A stretch of 64,000 nucleotides of DNA, taken from positions 4,915,638-4,979,637 of the forward strand of contig NC_068990.1 in assembly GCF_001194135.2 (NCBI RefSeq). Direction: 5' to 3'. Of the stretch, positions 10,971 to 25,210 are shown piece by piece. Made by a program: the position numbers and the translations under genes. How positions within the stretch are numbered: the first letter of the stretch is position 1; every line of letters begins with the position of its first letter. Below the pieces are notes generated by a model that saw only the letters and a program-made list of their open reading frames with translations, was not told where the DNA came from and made no database searches. The DNA comes from Octopus bimaculoides (Eukaryota).

Positions 10971-13073
10971 ATATATATATATATATATATGTACGCACAC
11001 ACACACACACAAAAAGCATTACCAATGATATTGATAGTGTTGGTACAAACATAGACTTATGTTTGAGATATTTTGCTCATAAATTGTCATCAAGGCAAAT
11101 TTATCATAATTTAAATAAGTACTAGATCTTTCTGCTTTCTCTCTCTCTCTCTCTCTTACACACACACATACAACACATACACAAACAGACACACACACAC
11201 ACAGAAACATGAATGTAGTATTGGCAACGTTTTTCTGGTGTATACATAAATGTGTTTTCCCAAATAAAACTTCACGTCATGTTTGAAACTCTGTACTATG
11301 AGTAACATAATTATTTATTCCTTTGTCATTCTAATTTCTTATACACACACACATCAAATAATATTGAGAGAAGCAGCATTACTTGCTTGCTTTTGCACTG
11401 TAAGTCCTTGTGAGAGGTTCTCCCATAGTAAATAGCACAGTATTCACTGTTGTAATACAACGTCCACTTTAAGTGGAAGATAAATATTACCCATACATAC
11501 ATGCATACATACATACATACAAACAAATAAACAATATTGAACATGCATACAAAAATTATGTATTTTGTTAGTTCATTGGTAGGCTGCGAGAATATATTCT
11601 CTTCTTGTGCCTGGTGTTAAAACACCTGGAAGTCATAAACAAGTACAGACATTGATGTTTCATGATTTTGGGGACTTGTCAATACCATGTTCCTGAAAAG
11701 AGGCCTGATGCAAGCTAAAACACTGTCTATGACTATATGCAAAATGGTGTAAGAACCATCTGTTGTTATGTCTCAATGTTTCATATCACAGGAAAAAAAT
11801 ATGATCCATTTGTATGACTTTTCTCTCTTCTTGTTTTCTTTTTCTTTTAAATAATATATTTTTAATAATATTATTTTGTTTGTAATCAATGATATGGTAA
11901 AGTGAAAAGCTTCTGTTGACACTCAACAGTTTCTCTAGAAAATTCTTATTCTATTCTTTTAAGATTAGTCAGTAAGTACTGATTCCTGTTTTCTGGGAGA
12001 AGAATAACTTATATATAAAAATAGAATTCAACAGTACAAACATGCCAACAATGCATTCATATTTCTAATACATGAAGGGAAGAAAAATAAAATTTTACTT
12101 TCACATCTTTCATATATTCCTTCTCCTATGAAGGAAACATAATTGTAGACTTCTTGAAACATTTCTAATTATGGACACCAAAGTCAGTAGGCAGAGAAAA
12201 TGCATATTTATTAATTATAATGCCAACAATATTAGAATTATTATAGAGAATTTATTGCAGAGTCAAATTATCATTTCTAATTATAGATTTAACACACAGT
12301 ATGTCAAGCAAATAAACATGTGTTCTTAATCTCACCTTTTATGTGTGTGCTTACATGTATTTTTGTGTATATATGAAACAAAACTTTTGAACAGGTACAC
12401 TTTCCTTCAAAGATTCACATACATAGAAGGTTACAGGTGGTGCACCTTTCTATAATTATTTATTAGTGAAATTATAAACCAACAATAAAAAACATGATTG
12501 AACTTCATAAGCTACCCATTATTTTCATATTGTTCTATCATTAATACTCCTTTAATAATGAAATTAATAGATTCATATAAAATTTATCATTAAGATCTTT
12601 AAAATTATTACTCATTAATTTGAGAAGAAAATTCCATATTACATTTGGAAACAAATATTTTGAAATTCGTTTCAGGAATTAATGCATTTCTTGACATAAT
12701 TACATGTTACAGATAATGATTTAAAACATCAATTCAACTGCAATTTCATTCTTTGAAATCAATCATATTGAAAAGATATTAAGTCTATCATATTTGTGAC
12801 ACTACATGAATCCTGTTTTTTTCCCATGGTATTTCAACAATAACGAGAAACATTGATTTCAATATAAAGATATATGGAAAAAAATGGAGCTAAGAAGGAC
12901 CTGCTATTTGAACTCAAGTGTTCTGATTATATAGATGTAAATAAGGAGGGCGCAAAGACTCATATTTTATAGCAAGAAAATAATAATTCAAGGCTTTATA
13001 CTTTGAGAAACTATATAAACTTTTTTTTAAATGTTATCAAATATAACAAAACATTATTGATACCTTGCTCACA

Positions 13074-13109
<36 letters not shown>

Positions 13110-13619
13110 TAAGTGCGCGCACACACACACACACAAATACAAATTACTACAACCAGTATTATGCAAATGACCAGGGCCAAAAATGTTCAGAAAGCATTTC
13201 TTGCATATAAAGCCTATGTCTCTTGGTTTGGAATGTATCAGATAATGATGTTTCATGGTGGTAGTTTAATAAGACCAAATCATGTCCGTAGCTGTTACCA
13301 TTCCTGAGAACAAAAATCAGATTTTCATCTAAGCATTGACATTTTCTTTGACGTTAATTCTTAATTTCTGGGAATTGTCTTTCCTTCTTTTTTTCTTTTG
13401 AGAGAGAGAGAGAGAGAGAGAGAGTAAGAATTGGAGCCAGTTTAACCTAATACACAATATACTTCATAATGTCAAATTCCGTTATGAGGCCTTTATTTGA
13501 GAGTCTTGGGATAAAAGTATAGAGAAATTATTGGAAAATCAAATATTACATACTGGAATACATAAAAATATTCAATTTACAATGGAATATAGTTAAGTGA
13601 AATGACTACTTTTTTGATA

Positions 13620-14520
13620 TTTTAGTATTGAGAATCAACAATCCAGCTGAGACAGACGAATGTTGCAAAACTATAAATGCAAAACAAAATCTAGTCTTTA
13701 CTTTGTGGCACCTGAAGCACACTAGGACAAAATATTCCGTTTAATTTAGTCAAAAGATGTGCACAATTGTGTCCAATATGAATTTTCATGATATATGACT
13801 TTAAGAATAAAGATATAGATAGACATCATCCACCATCCTCAAATGATGGGACGCAATGTGCCCGGACAATTGTTGTTCAAATCCTAAGACAAGCAAAACA
13901 AAATAACATACGTCAATTGAAAATGTTGCCGTAAGTGTGTACTCACAATCCTAGAAACCATAAAACCTAAAATTTTATTCTTCAAAATATACTGATACTG
14001 AAAAAAAGTTCCACAATGAATTAGTTTTTCAAACATACTACTATAAAATTTAAAATAAACCCCGAAAACAAAACAACCTAAATCATTGAAGAGAATACTA
14101 ACAAATACCAGATTATATATGCAATGACAACAGAACCAACAGTTAAAAATGTGGATGTACCGACTGTAGAATATGTTTTAACTTGTTCTGAGGATCAGAA
14201 TTTCACATTGAATAAGGACAATCTCGCAAAGAAATGGATGATTTTACTTGCATATTTGGAAACCTAATTGTGCAATTGCATATTCAGGATTTGGAGAGAA
14301 TTATGGAATAAACTGAAAAGCTTCGATTGATACCACATGGAGAGCAAATTCAATTTCCTAGCTAAAAAACAAATATGGCTTAGTTGAAATACAGATACAT
14401 GTTCTGGGAGTTGTCAACCAAGTTTTAAAATTTCCTACATACCTGTACAGAGAAAGGACATTTCATGAACAGTTGATCAATAAGCAGTTCACATTCATGG
14501 AAAAATATTGACTACCATTA
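13620..14520 (+). mobile_element. Degenerate Penelope-like element (RT thumb and GIY-YIG region)
   Basis: Frameshifted remnants resembling HTRQNIPFNL..R.CTIVS (PLE RT thumb), then decayed NLI.../TEKLR...QIQFP segments resembling the PLE GIY-YIG domain. Confidence 0.55.
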
Positions 14521-16427
14521 AATAGATATATATATAACAAATCAATGAGTTAACATTTAATTAATTTATATTTATATAAATTATATAAATAATTCATCTA
14601 CCACCTCTTCTGGTACTGTTAATTATTCATTTATCATATCCCTTGTTACTATCAACAACATCTAGTTATAAAATTATGAAATTACAACAGCATCATTAAT
14701 TACAAAGCCATAACTCTATCTTTAAAGAAGTTAAATCAGTTGTGTAGATTTACGTTATCCCTTCTATGAATATGGCAGTGGTAATTAAAGCTACTGTGGA
14801 TATAACTTCGTTGGGCTTCAAGTAAGGACTATAAGGACCTGAAACTAGATTACATGTGATATCTAAATATACTAATTTCAAGTGTGTTAATTAAATCCTT
14901 TCTGAGCCTTTCTGACTGGTGCCAATTCTTGTTATGGGTTAAAAGTAAACTGTCATCTTTGTGTAAGCCTAATTCAATGAAATCAAATTTAATTTGTTGA
15001 GTGTCTGAATAAAGCTCTTATCACTCCATTACCACCTTAGAAATTTACATAGAAACATCTGTAAGTGAATTTCAAGGATATCTTCTGATTAAGAGATGTT
15101 TAATCATACAGCTGAATCATATAATGACTCTTTAAGCTGAGGTGGCTTTATTGATGAGATGCAATACATATCCAGACAAAGAATGTTAAAAACTAACAAC
15201 TGTAGGAGGAAGTTTTAACTTACTTTCCAGTCTGAAGGTTAATTCTAATATTGCCTAATCCTTTTCTAAATTCAATTCGTAATCAATTGCTTTGTGATGT
15301 TAGACAGAAAAAACTATACATCCTCACCAACTCATATCTACATAAAGATAAACGCATACCTATAACACACACATACTGTTGTACCAACGACAATATGGAA
15401 AAGTGACTGTCAAGAGATAATGATACACACTCAGTATAACCAATACATACACACATAAACGTTCTTAGAATTATACATTTAAGCCCAGACACACTTATGA
15501 ATATGAACCAGGAAACAAATATGAACATGCAAATTGATGTTCTTAGTCATGTATATTTATCTTGATAGGCAAACATAATGATAAATATATAAGAAACCAT
15601 TGGAAAAACACGTTTACATATGTACCTACATAGTTATTTACGATACACTAATACATGCCTGCATAAAATCAAATGAAAAATATAAAGATATTCTCATATC
15701 AAGAAGCATATAGCTAAAAAATATGCATACAAACACAAGATGCAGCTACATGTTGCTTATATAAAAATGCAGGTATACCTGGATAGTACAAAGTATTATC
15801 TATAGATCTATGTAATGTGTTACATAGATCTGTGTAATGGCTTATGGATGTGTTTTTTTATATTTATATCTTATAATGGTACAGATAGTATTGTCACAGA
15901 TGATGTTCAGGTTTGATGAGGTGCAAAAGACATTGGAGTGACATATGTAGAACTGGTATGGATGAGTCAGATATAGTTTATGGTACATTTTGTACACAAT
16001 AAGAGACCTATGTAAATGCTCAACCTACTTACTATAGCAACCAAACTTCCTTAATATATTTTTTGCTTTTGGTTTCGAAATACAAAAATATTAAGCTTTA
16101 GAAACATATTCTTATTAGCCCTCTACTGTATCATATAGCCTCCATGACATTTCATAAACTGCAATTAGCCATTGTACAACAAAAAGATAGCTTCATGTTT
16201 GCTTAATTTCAGTATAGGATGGTGGCATAACAAGCAAGAGGTGTCAACAATCTTTACTAAACAGAATCTTAGAATGCAACAAAAAACATTACTCACAATC
16301 ACAAAATGCTATGAGGTTGTTAGTAAAGTTAACAATTGATGACATAAGACAACAATAAATTGTGAAATAATTTCTTCAAAATATTTCCTCATAATATTGC
16401 ATATAATATAGTTGCCTCAACAATCAG

Positions 16428-17215
16428 CGTTATCATTGTTTAACGTCTGTCTTCCATGTATGCATGGGTAGAATGGTTGACAGATGGCCAGGTAGAAGAT
16501 TACACCTGGCTACTGTGTCTGTTTTGGCAGGGTTTTTATGGCTGGATGCCGTTCCGAACACCAATCGCTCCACAGAGTGGACTGAGTGCTTTTTATGTGG
16601 CACCGGCACAGGCGAGGTCAGTTTTGGCATGATTTTTACAGCTGGATGCCCTTCCAAATGCCAAACACTTTACAATGTAGACTGGATGTACATAAATCAT
16701 GGCACCAGCACTGGCAGGGGGGTCACCAAGTAACTTGTAAGACAAAGAATTTTTGAGAATGGAGGGGGAATTGAAGAGGGGATCATGGGTCAGATGAAAG
16801 GTTAGAGTGTGATAGAGAGACAGAGAGGCAGAAACAAGTGTCTTGCTATAGAGGAGGGGGCATTAGAGGTGGAGATCCTGAGTCAGATGATGAAAGGTTA
16901 GAGTGTGACAGGGAAAGAGGGGGGTAGAAACAGGTATTTTGCTGTAGAGGAGGTATATGGTTACCTGGAGAGAGTGAGAGAGAGAAGAGAAAGAGAGGGA
17001 GAGGAAGAGAGAGAGGGAGTGAGAGGAAGAGAGAGGGGGGGAGAGAGATACAAGAAAGAGGACAGAAACAGGTGCGCTGATGTAAAGGAGATAATTAGCC
17101 AGAGGGAAAAGCAAGGGAAGGAGAGACAAAGATCGAGAATGAGGGGAGAAACAAGTGTGCTGCTGTAGAGGAGATACATGGCTACCCGGCCGGAGGGAAG
17201 AGTAAGAGGGAACAA
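16428..17215 (-). mobile_element. Non-autonomous RTE-tail element with purine-rich internal repeats
   Basis: The reverse strand carries two copies of the ggc.tt.ggaa.ggcatccagc module and ends gacgttaaacaatgat. gaaacaggt...gctgtagaggag is repeated about four times. Confidence 0.7.
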
Positions 17216-20200
17216 TCTGATACAAAATCTAAAACAGAAATTTATCGATCATATTGACAGAGTCATTCTTGCAATATTTTTAGAATAAAAATAAATATTT
17301 TCTAAGCCTTGATAGATTCTTGAGATCTGGTAATTAGCTCTAGTTTTATTGAATGAAGCCTATAAATTGAATGTCAGTCTATCCCAGACGATATGATACT
17401 CACTCTTCAAACCTAAGTGCACTGAAGCAATGAAGAATAAAGCATTTTTACTCAGATACACATTGAAATATTTGCAGCTGATGTGAACTCACTATTTCTG
17501 AGCAGTTAACCTGATGCATTTCTAAAATCAAAATCCAATAAAGTAACTTACTTGATATTGTTATATGTTCTATTGTAAAAGCATCCTGCCAGGTCTACAT
17601 CAATGTGATACAAAATATACAAAAGAAAAGCAACAACTATGAACAACTTATGAAAGGTTTTATTGTATGAAGGATTGAATGTCAATCTGTCCAAAATATA
17701 ATTCCCAGATGATATGGGACTTTTTTCCAAACGTTAGATCCACTGAGGCAATAAACTAAAGCATTTTCAACTAGATACACATTGAATTAACGTATCTAAA
17801 AGACACATACAAATTTATATATTTATTATCAGAGTTCCAATCTATGTGCCTACTACCCCATAGCAAAAGATGAATGAACTTGAATGCTCTGAGAGTGATT
17901 ACTACTCCAAGATACACAAAGTTCAAATAAACATTGGAGTTGTAAAGATGAGGGTCTCAAAGACCTTCATGAAACTTAGGAGCAATGTATATCCTTCATT
18001 TAAATTTCTGTTCTATAACATGGCTCCATAATCTATAACATCTATGCTAAAAGATGACCAATTTTAGATTGTATAAATCAAGCCTAGTAAAAAAAGTGTG
18101 TATGATGCACAGATTCAAACTCATATATGCATGTAGGCATCTGTAATATTACTCACAGGATTACACAATATATTAATCTGTTCAATATCTTTTAGTCTGT
18201 AATTAAAAGGTTTTCAAGATATCCTTTACTCCGCTCCACCCCACTTCCAAACACACACACACACACCTTTCATTTTGTGAAACTCTTCATTGAAAAATCA
18301 AGATCACATTTCAAAAAAAGACTCATTATCAAAATAGCTTGCATTTTCTGTAAGGTCAATATTTTCAATAAAAGTGTATTTGTATGTGTTTGTTTACAGA
18401 TGTAAACAAAAAAATGAATAGAATTTAAGTGAAATATAGTTAGAAACTCTGTATCAACATGCAGAGTTGTACATCACTATGTAGAAATTGAATATAAAGG
18501 CATTCAATAGAATGTGAGATATTAGATTAAATACCATGCTTTAGTGAGGAGCTTTATCCCAAAGAGAGTGAGAGAGAGAGGTGGGGGGAGACTTGTGTAT
18601 TTTTCTGGAAATATACCATTTCAGACAATTCAGTTTTAAGATTTGTAGAGCATTCAGCCACATCCTTGCAAAGACTGTTTTATAACAAATTACTTTCTTT
18701 CTTAATCATTGTGTTCTTTATAGTGCAATGTTTAACTTGAATTCTGTGAAAGGTAAAGAGAGAGAAAAATAACATTAACATGATTAGAAACAATCCTTTC
18801 ATTCAGAAATTCTCTTGAAAGACATTTTTTGAGAAATAATATAACAGTTTCCATGGCTAGAAATCAATACTAATGATCAATCCCACTTCCTAACAAATGT
18901 TATATTTCGTTGATTTTTCTTATTCAAAACTCAATTGATATTTTACCTTTTTTATTGCTTTTGTTGAAGAAATAATTTATGTGTGGTTATTTTTCATACA
19001 ATGACATTTTTACACTATCTTTTTACTTTTTGTTGTAGTTGTTTATAGAGGAACTGAAAGAATCAGTAGTAATATTTTAAAAAATCATTTCCTTCATTTT
19101 ATCAACTAATTCAATGAATACAAATGCTGCAGAACTGTTTTCAACAATAGACATGTATAAAATAAAGTGCAATAAAATAATAACAGATTGAGTTATCATT
19201 CAGACTGGAAATATCATTAAGATGATATTCAAGTTGGTATAAGTGTTTCTCCATTGCAGGGGAACTTGAGTTATCAATCGTTGGGCTAGTGTAAACCTGA
19301 ACTGAAGTAGAGAAAGCACAAGGAATGCTTAAGCAATGCACTCATAGAATACACTAAAATATGATGAGCTAATGTAGAGGCCCAATGTAGTCACTTGATT
19401 TGCTTAAAACAGCAAACAAATCAAAACTCAAAATATTAAAACTGGAATATTTTGTCTGAGATATACACTAAAACATGGTGGTGAAAGCTAGAATGGCTTT
19501 CATAATAGTTCTACTTGACATGGCAAACATTAGGTTCAACAAAAACAACAACCAAAATAAGAACCAGTAAGGATGTCGCTGTATGGTTCTCAACTTGCTA
19601 AAAATAGCAACCAAATATCATTTAAGCTATATACATCTTTTAATAAAGAAGAATGTATAGAGGATAATGTAGTCAAAGACAATATACTGGAAAAGAAGAG
19701 GGGTAAGATGGTCATTGCTAAAATTCTTTTTATTAATGATTTGGTGGGTCAGAGCCAACCTGGGACCAAACCACAACAACCAAAATACTCAGTTGCATAT
19801 CATTTACTGGAGGAGAGGATAAGAGGACTTTTCAATAAATCAACTCAATTTTTTTCTTAAATATTTATCTTCACTCTTCTTATTGCTGTTATGTTTGGTT
19901 TAATAATTTATTGACACCAAACAACAACTTAATAACTTATTGAAACTGAAAAAATTAATATAAGTATGAAACATTGATTTCTTCCTTCAGCATAGCTCTG
20001 AATGTTGTAATGGATAGAAAAGCAAATTGAATTAATCTCAGTACTTGCTAGTATCTACTACAAAGTAATGAAGGACAAAGTCAATTATAGTGAGATGTGA
20101 TTTCAGAATGTTGACAGATGGGGCTTCTGCCAAATATCTATCAAATATGGGAATAAAGTACTAATTATAGATTATGTTTATATCAATATATATGTGTGTA

Positions 20201-20774
20201 TAGTATTAAACTGTATGAACTGTATCAGTTATCTATTTAATTAATTGGGTTTTATGAAGGAAGGTGTTACTCTCCAATTACTGGTCTAAAAATACAATTG
20301 TAAACTGTTATAAGGACAAATGAGAATCACTGGTAAAAGTTACATTGGCTGCACACTAATATATTTAGATATGAAAGTCTTTATACATTAGTATGATACA
20401 TAAATGTAGCGAAATTAATACAGAATTGGGTTAGTTTGAATAAGATGACCTTTAGATATCAAATTATTTCACTTGAAGTGAAGATGAGATCTTAGCCAAG
20501 AACAAATAGCCATGTTTTACATTCATTTGATATTGAAAGACCTTTAACAGGGCTACTCATCCTATTCTGTGTTAATGTGTTGTTATGTTGTAGTAACTGT
20601 CCAGTAAGCCAGTCTGAGATGCCTTTCAATCCCCTCAATATTTCTTCTGCCTGTAATTTCTGATTGTAATCAAATTTAAAGAGGCATGAACTTTTCACTT
20701 TTCTTAAAGCAGACACCTTTGCAATTCATTAAGCTTTGTAAGTTTAAATGGCCAAATCTACTGGGTATTGAGTA

Positions 20775-21760
20775 AACCAGTACAGCTTCTATACAAACAG
20801 ACTCACTTGCAGCCAACTCTCTTATGTTACCCACCGGAGGGGTCTTGCCTTAGAGAAATTTGATAAAAGCAATACTGTTGCTCTAAATATCAGCAAAGCT
20901 TGCAACCATGTTTTACATGTAAATCACCTATTGAAATTATCCACCTATAGAATATAACCTTGTCACATAGTTTTGAAGCAGTTTTTTCTGATCAGATCAC
21001 ATCATCATGATGTGTGCTGATACAGCTATTTATGCTTCACTTTCAATCAACTCTGATGTTTGATCTTGATCTTCACACTCTTCGATGTGTACAACATTGA
21101 CATACTTGCTGCCATGTCCAATAATACACACTTTTATGCAGATGATACAATCGTGCATTTATTTAGGCACTATGCTCCAAATTTGCATGGATTCCATGAA
21201 TAGAGACCTAAAAAGCAGTCTCCAAAAGACTCATGCCAACCTCATCCCTTTTCGCAACAAAAAGAGTAAGAACAAAAAACATCGTTAAATAACAAACCTT
21301 CAAATGTTAATCTGTGTCATCACTGAGGATGTCTCCTAGGGAAAGTATGTCCTTAACAAAGAACTGAATTCCAACAACAGCTCCTTTTCTTCAAGGCCAG
21401 GACATATTTCAGTGCCCAACAATTGCTGACACTATAAATATATTGGTCTTCCTTGCTATGGTGATGCAGAGCCTGATCTCATCATGAATTTGAAAGCAGG
21501 TTTGCAACATCATATTACTTCAAATATCCACCACCAGTTGAATATCTTACTCAACTCTGAAGGATCCTACGATATTATATTTGCATCTGTTATTATGTGC
21601 GCATATCAAAATATAACAGTTACTACTGACCGTTTCACAAAAGTATTTCAGTGCTGGATGGAAAATCAATGGATTGCACTCAAACATTGAAGCTGTGCTG
21701 TGACTAAAATGTAGCTCAGTCAGTCTAGCTATAAACTTTGATTTGAAATCAGTTTATGCA
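20775..21760 (+). mobile_element. Degenerate CR1/Jockey-group LINE reverse transcriptase
   Basis: NQYSF...LSYVTH...VALNISKACNHVLH (decayed HQYGF...ALDISKAFDRVWH) and ILAAMSNNTHFYADDT, with YADD at 21135-21146. Confidence 0.8.
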
Positions 21761-23890
21761 CCCATCTCTCTGGAAAGTTATTGCAGTCTATACATTGCTT
21801 GCCACAGCATCACAGTATGATTAATGAGAATGAGGATGATGTCTTATTGTTCCTTTCTATTAAAGTATACCAGTAACTATTTATATAAACATGTATTTAC
21901 ATACAAAACTAAAGCATTTTTCATTCAAGTGATTCCTTATGTATATAAAAAAAGGTAAACATTTTCTTTAGATCTCTTTCAAAGTTTGGAAAATTGTATT
22001 AATTTTGAAAAATGGTGAATTATAAAAATTTTATCAACAATTTTTTTTACTGTTAAGTACTTGTTTTTAGATAAAGAAGCAAATACATACTGAAAATATA
22101 TAACTGAAGCCCGAAAGGGGGGGGGGGCACATATGAAAATATTTAATCCATTCTGTGTTTGCAATTTTATATTGTTCCAGTATATTAGAAAAGTTAGGAG
22201 CTTCTCCCAAAATATATATTCTGACAACTTTTACTTGAAACTTTGGAATCTATTTTCTGAACTATAAAAATAATGACAAGTACTTATATATCTTATACCA
22301 ATAAAATGTTTTAATGCCACAATTTCTTACATTGAATCATTTTTTTAAGGATCCTTTTAAGAAATTTTTCTAGCTGCATGTTTTGCAATAAATTCTTCTC
22401 AAAAATCAAAATGTATTATAACTTTATTCCTTGTAAAACTAAGAGTATATCTGATTTAGGATGAAAACTTATTCTTGCAATGAAGATTGTTTTCAGCTAA
22501 GCTTAAGTTAATGAGACTATGATATAATCAGAAACTGAATTCTCAGAATTTGAAGTTTTCTTCAAATCTCTTTATATACTCTCAGTTATACACCTTATAA
22601 TGTATAATGAAATGAAACTAATCTCTGCAACAGAGCTATGTGCATTTAATCTAAAAAATAGATTTCCTCATACACAGTGAAGTGTAATGCAAATTTAATT
22701 CCAATTGCATTATGTTAAAGCAGTCTGGAGAAGTTTTAGGAAATATCTTACAAAGAGAGATGCTACAATACTAGCCTCAAAGAAAAGATGACAAAAAGCC
22801 AGTATAGATGTTACAAGGGACTTTTCTAATACACGTCAGTATAGGGAAATAAACATTAAGCATTGATAAAGAGGATGATGGTGGTAAACAGAATCCTTTG
22901 TATATAACAGGTTGTCTAAAAAAGGAATATGTCTAAATCTTGTATTACAAAAGTAAAATATGTTGGATTTCAGGAATGTCAAAGTCTAAATCAGTAAATT
23001 GCTTAGATACTAACATGTGATCACACACTTTTATTAACATGGGTTATAAAGCAAAACAATTTTAATGGCAGGCCTAATTATGCTTCTGCACAATAGATTA
23101 AATATTTTATGTATTCTAATGTATTAGATCATTTAGGGCACTCACTTTATGTTACTTCTGGAATATGAAACAAAGCAATAGTTACAACCATTTCCAAATA
23201 GGGTGTGATTTGAGGGAGATTAAGCTGCCGGTTCTAACAAGTCAAGGAAGCCTCTAAGCAAATCCCGGCTTACTGCAGTCGAATAATTTTACTTTTTGTC
23301 TAGCTATAATGAAAATGTACCAGGTATATTTAATTAAATTTTCTCTGGTGTGGAACTGATACTTATCCCTTTTACTTATGAGAGATAAATAACAAAGGCA
23401 GACGTGAGAATGACTCAAAGTCCATGGAGCAGGGTTCGAAATTAGATGCATCAACTGATGAATGTTGACCATAGTTTTACTATTATTTCAGTACAAAGAA
23501 CACTGAGTTGCCTGGTTATTGAGTGCATAGAAACAGTTCTTTTGTTTGTTAAATTAAATGTTATAACAAATTGTAAAAGTCTTTACATAATTCTTTTAGT
23601 GTCTAATTAGATTTGCATATACATTATCTAAAACGTAATATTTAACAGACTGATAGATACAGAATAATACCTGAAATATTTTATAAATATAAAATTCAAA
23701 TGTGACACAATTAAAGAAAACATTATTATTTAAATTTCATGATATTTTGAAGATATGATTTTTAATTCTTAACATTCTGTTGGTAATTTTCGAAGTCAAA
23801 TATTGAGTCCTGTAAAAATTTAGAAGAAAATACTTAAAACCTTGAAAGGATTAATTTATTTAAATGCAAACAAGATATTTATATATTTCC

Positions 23891-24063
23891 AAAAGCACCC
23901 ACTACACTCTCGGAGTGGTTGGCGTTAGGAAGGGCATCCAGCTGTAGAAACTCTGCCAAATCAGATTGGAGCCTGGTGTAGCCATCTGGTTTGCCAGTCC
24001 TCAGTCAAATCGTCCAACCCATGCTAGCATGGAAAGCAGATGTTAAACGATGATGATGATGAT
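23891..24063 (+). mobile_element. RTE 3' tail fragment
   Basis: aaaagcacccactacactctcggagtggttggcgttaggaagggcatccagc...gttaaac(gat)n, homologous to 10788-10970. Confidence 0.9.
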
Positions 24064-24103
24064 CATCATCATAAAAGTAGGTTATTAATACAGAAAAAAT
24101 TAA

Positions 24104-24318
24104 GGTGGTGAGCTGGAAGAATCATTAGCATGCCTGGTGAAATTCTTAGTGGCATTTCATCTTTTATGTACTGAGTTCAAATTCAGCTAAGGTTGGCTTA
24201 ACTTGTCACCCTTTCAGGATTGATAAAATAAGTACCAGTTGAGCACTAAGGTAAATGTAATTCACTTACCCCTTCCCTTGTACTTGCTGATTTTGTGCCA
24301 AAATTTGAAATCATTATT
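24104..24318 (+). mobile_element. tRNA-derived SINE (family with ...tcatcctttcggggtcgataaaataagtacc-type core)
   Basis: ggtggtgagctgg head, gagttcaaatt B-box-like, gataaaataagtaccagttgagcact core, gtgccaaaatttgaaa tail; the family recurs in this window. Confidence 0.8.
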
Positions 24319-24858
24319 ACAGGAAAGATTTAGTTTTTCTTTTTACTGTATATATCTTTACAAAAAGTAATACTGTGTAGGTGTGAATGTTAAATCCTCA
24401 TATGATAATAACTAGACAAATAAAACAAGATAAACTCAAAGAAAGCAATGCGAAGATATTAATAATATAATTGGTACAGCTGAGGGGTATCTACTACACA
24501 TACACACACACACACACATATTTGGCCATATAAGACTTCTTGTTTCAGTGGGAGAAGGGCTGATCAGTCCAAAGTCTTATACAAATCAAAACACAAATAT
24601 GAATCTCAAACAAAAAGTCTTTTCATCAATTGACAGCATACAGAACAAATATCATATGAAACTCGAAAAAACATTCTTTCAATTATTCAGTCCAACATTT
24701 TGCCAACAGACATTAGCATACTTTTGCTTAATATTTAATATTGCTACAATACTTAGTCACATTTGGTCTATCATTATTTGTCTGAAGCTACAAAAGAAGT
24801 ACTCCATAGAAACATGATGCAGCTGAAATGATTGTCAAGATACCAGTAATTTATTTAA

Positions 24859-25020
24859 CCCTTTCGTTACCATATTTCTAACCAAATTACACCCCTTATG
24901 TGTTTCAATTAATTTCTAACATAATCATAAATTTAGGCTGGTTTCATTAAACAACTCTAACTTTTTTTATTTATCAACATATTAATGTGATTTTTGGAAG
25001 ATAAATTAACGAAAGGTTCT
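24859..25020. mobile_element. piggyBac-like MITE end (TTAA-CCCTTT)
   Basis: TTAA at 24855-24858 followed by ccctttcgttaccatattt, the same terminus type as 57938-58156. The second end is not clearly seen. Confidence 0.4.
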
Positions 25021-25210
25021 CAACCAATTCTATACCAAAATTTTTGTCACAAAGTGACTTTAATTACAGGTAAATACAGGTAAATTCAACAAAATATAAA
25101 ATTATTTAAATTTTTGTTCAAACATCGCTATAGAAAATGGGTTATTAGCTAATATTCAATTGGGTATACAACAAAATATTATTATAGAAGAGTTGTGCAC
25201 ATTACTGGAT

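Noticed and set aside
11690-11735. cctgaaaagaggcctgatgcaagctaaaacactgtc, a possible hammerhead remnant
   Set aside because: Both core boxes are mutated and the stems do not pair convincingly.
20492-20716. Protein-looking 74-aa minus ORF (MSALRKVKSS...)
   Set aside because: No good splice signals, and it directly abuts the plus-strand CR1-like RT; likely antisense LINE sequence.
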